A stretch of 63,740 bases of DNA, filler included, from Octopus bimaculoides (Eukaryota): assembly GCF_001194135.2 (NCBI RefSeq). It is 6 parts of 6 records of this genome, joined end to end, with 100 filler letters (N's around TTAATTAATTAA, not from the genome) between each part and the next. Parts side by side here need not be neighbours in the genome. Positions count along the whole stretch, not along the records: positions 62,690 to 63,740 come from NW_026305047.1; 5 more parts are not named here. One strand, given 5' to 3'. Below the pieces are notes generated by a model, which was not told where the DNA came from, ran no database searches, and worked only from the letters and a program-made list of their open reading frames with translations. Below, piece after piece: positions 63,136-63,740 of this stretch (its first letter is position 1; every line of letters starts with the position of its first letter). The position numbers and the translations under genes were made by a program.

Positions 63136-63528
63136 GTGGAGGCGCAATAGCCCAGTGGTTAGGGAAGCGGATTCGTGGTCATAGGATCGCGGTTTCGATT
63201 CCCAGACCGGGCGTTGTGCGTGTTTATTGAGCAAAAACACCTAAAGCTCCACGAAGCTCCGGCAGGGGATGGTGGCGAAACCTGCTGTACTCTTTCACCA
63301 CAACTTTCTCTCACTCTTACTTGCTGTTTCTGTTGTGCCTGTAATTCAAAGGGGCCAGCCTTGTCACAGTTTGTGTCACGCTGAATCTCCCCGAGAACTA
63401 CATTAAGGGTGCACGTGTCTGTGGAGTGCTCAGCCACTTGCACGTTAATTTCCTGAGCAGGCTGTTCCGTTGATTGGATCAACTGGAACCATCGTCGTCG
63501 TAAGCGACGGAGTGCCAACAACAACAAC
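63136..63528 (+). mobile_element. SINE family A, full length
   Basis: 11-bp TSD ACTGCTTCAAG (63125-63135 / 63527-63537). Confidence 0.92.
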
Positions 63529-63699
63529 TGCTTCAAGAGAATCAACGGGATCGACTACAGGAGTTGCAAAAACAAATACTACAACAACAATTAATTGAGT
63601 TACAGTCGGCAAAGACCGAAAATCCAGTAAGCTCGATTACACCAGATGGCGTGACAAACGCAGTTTCTGATTTCAATCCAAAGGAAGGTATACCAAATC

Positions 63700-63740
63700 C
63701 ACTCACAAGGCTTTGGTTGGCCCGAGGCTATACTAGAAGA
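63700..63740 (-). mobile_element. SINE family B fragment at the window edge
   Basis: CCAAATCCACTCACAAGGCTTTGGTTGGCCCGAGGCTATA. Confidence 0.75.

Overview
AT-rich, gap-ridden, microsatellite-saturated animal scaffold. The SINE repertoire looks cephalopod (Octopus-like); this is inferred from recognised repeat families and was not checked by a database search. There is one well-supported protein-coding region: a 299-aa uninterrupted ORF at 7073-7972 (-), an unrecognised Ser/Thr/Lys/Pro-rich protein with an ordered-looking acidic C-terminus. Weak signs of a plus-strand spliced transcript also exist (candidate exon 34777-34930; acceptor/donor junction at 41665/41666). Most of the rest is mobile DNA: three tRNA-derived SINE families (A: tRNA-Arg-like head; B: CORE-like with an internal microsatellite and two alternative tails; C: Meta-domain-like), RTE, Tx1-like and R4/Dong-like LINE fragments, mariner transposase relics, and Tc1/mariner, hAT and piggyBac-like MITEs. 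The most notable observation is six different minimal type I hammerhead-ribozyme motifs (17437, 27209, 37051, 39890, 46945, 50026). All lie on the minus strand and all have a very short, mostly self-complementary helix III, as in Penelope-like-element/retrozyme hammerheads; two have 36-38 bp palindromes 5' of the motif. None has been tested for cleavage and three have mutated cores. The TTAATTAATTAA-in-Ns blocks are assembly spacers, not biology.
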